Origin: Octopus vulgaris
Taxonomy: Eukaryota
DNA: 64,000 nucleotides
Assembly (NCBI GenBank): GCA_951406725.2
Contig: OX597831.1
Span: forward strand, 32,240,001 to 32,304,000
Direction: 5' to 3'
Position numbers and translations under genes: made by a program. Below the pieces are notes generated by a model, which saw only the letters and a list, made by a program, of their open reading frames with translations, had not been told where the DNA came from and made no database searches. Of the stretch, positions 63,981-64,000 are shown in pieces. Numbering within the stretch: the stretch's first letter is position 1; each line of letters begins with the position of its first letter.

Positions 63981-64000
63981 GATGAGACAGATCATCATCT

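Overview
This is AT-rich eukaryotic non-coding DNA, packed with (TA)n/(CA)n/(AAT)n/(GAT)n/(GA)n microsatellites and several tRNA-headed SINE families. By repeat content it is most likely an intronic or intergenic stretch of an octopus (coleoid cephalopod) genome; this is inference from recognition, not from a search. I could not support any intact host protein-coding exon. All long ORFs in the track are microsatellite or minisatellite artefacts. The recognisable coding remnants are decayed transposon fragments: two RTE-type LINE pieces, one CR1-type piece, one L2/Crack-type piece, one hAT Charlie/Buster transposase C-terminus and one possible further hAT piece. Non-autonomous DNA elements with TIRs and TSDs are also present (hAT with an 8-bp TSD, Tc1/mariner-type, TTAA/piggyBac-like). 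The most interesting signal is seven minimal type-I hammerhead-ribozyme-like motifs in three to four short repeat families whose 3' ends mostly abut (TA)n, which is Penelope-like/retrozyme-like. One has a natural G3-C8 compensatory swap of the catalytic core. One family shares an A6U core variant. One family is fused behind a tRNA-like Pol III promoter and arranged as a head-to-head palindrome. Coordinates were read by eye and element ends are approximate unless a TSD is given. Family letters A-H are my own labels.
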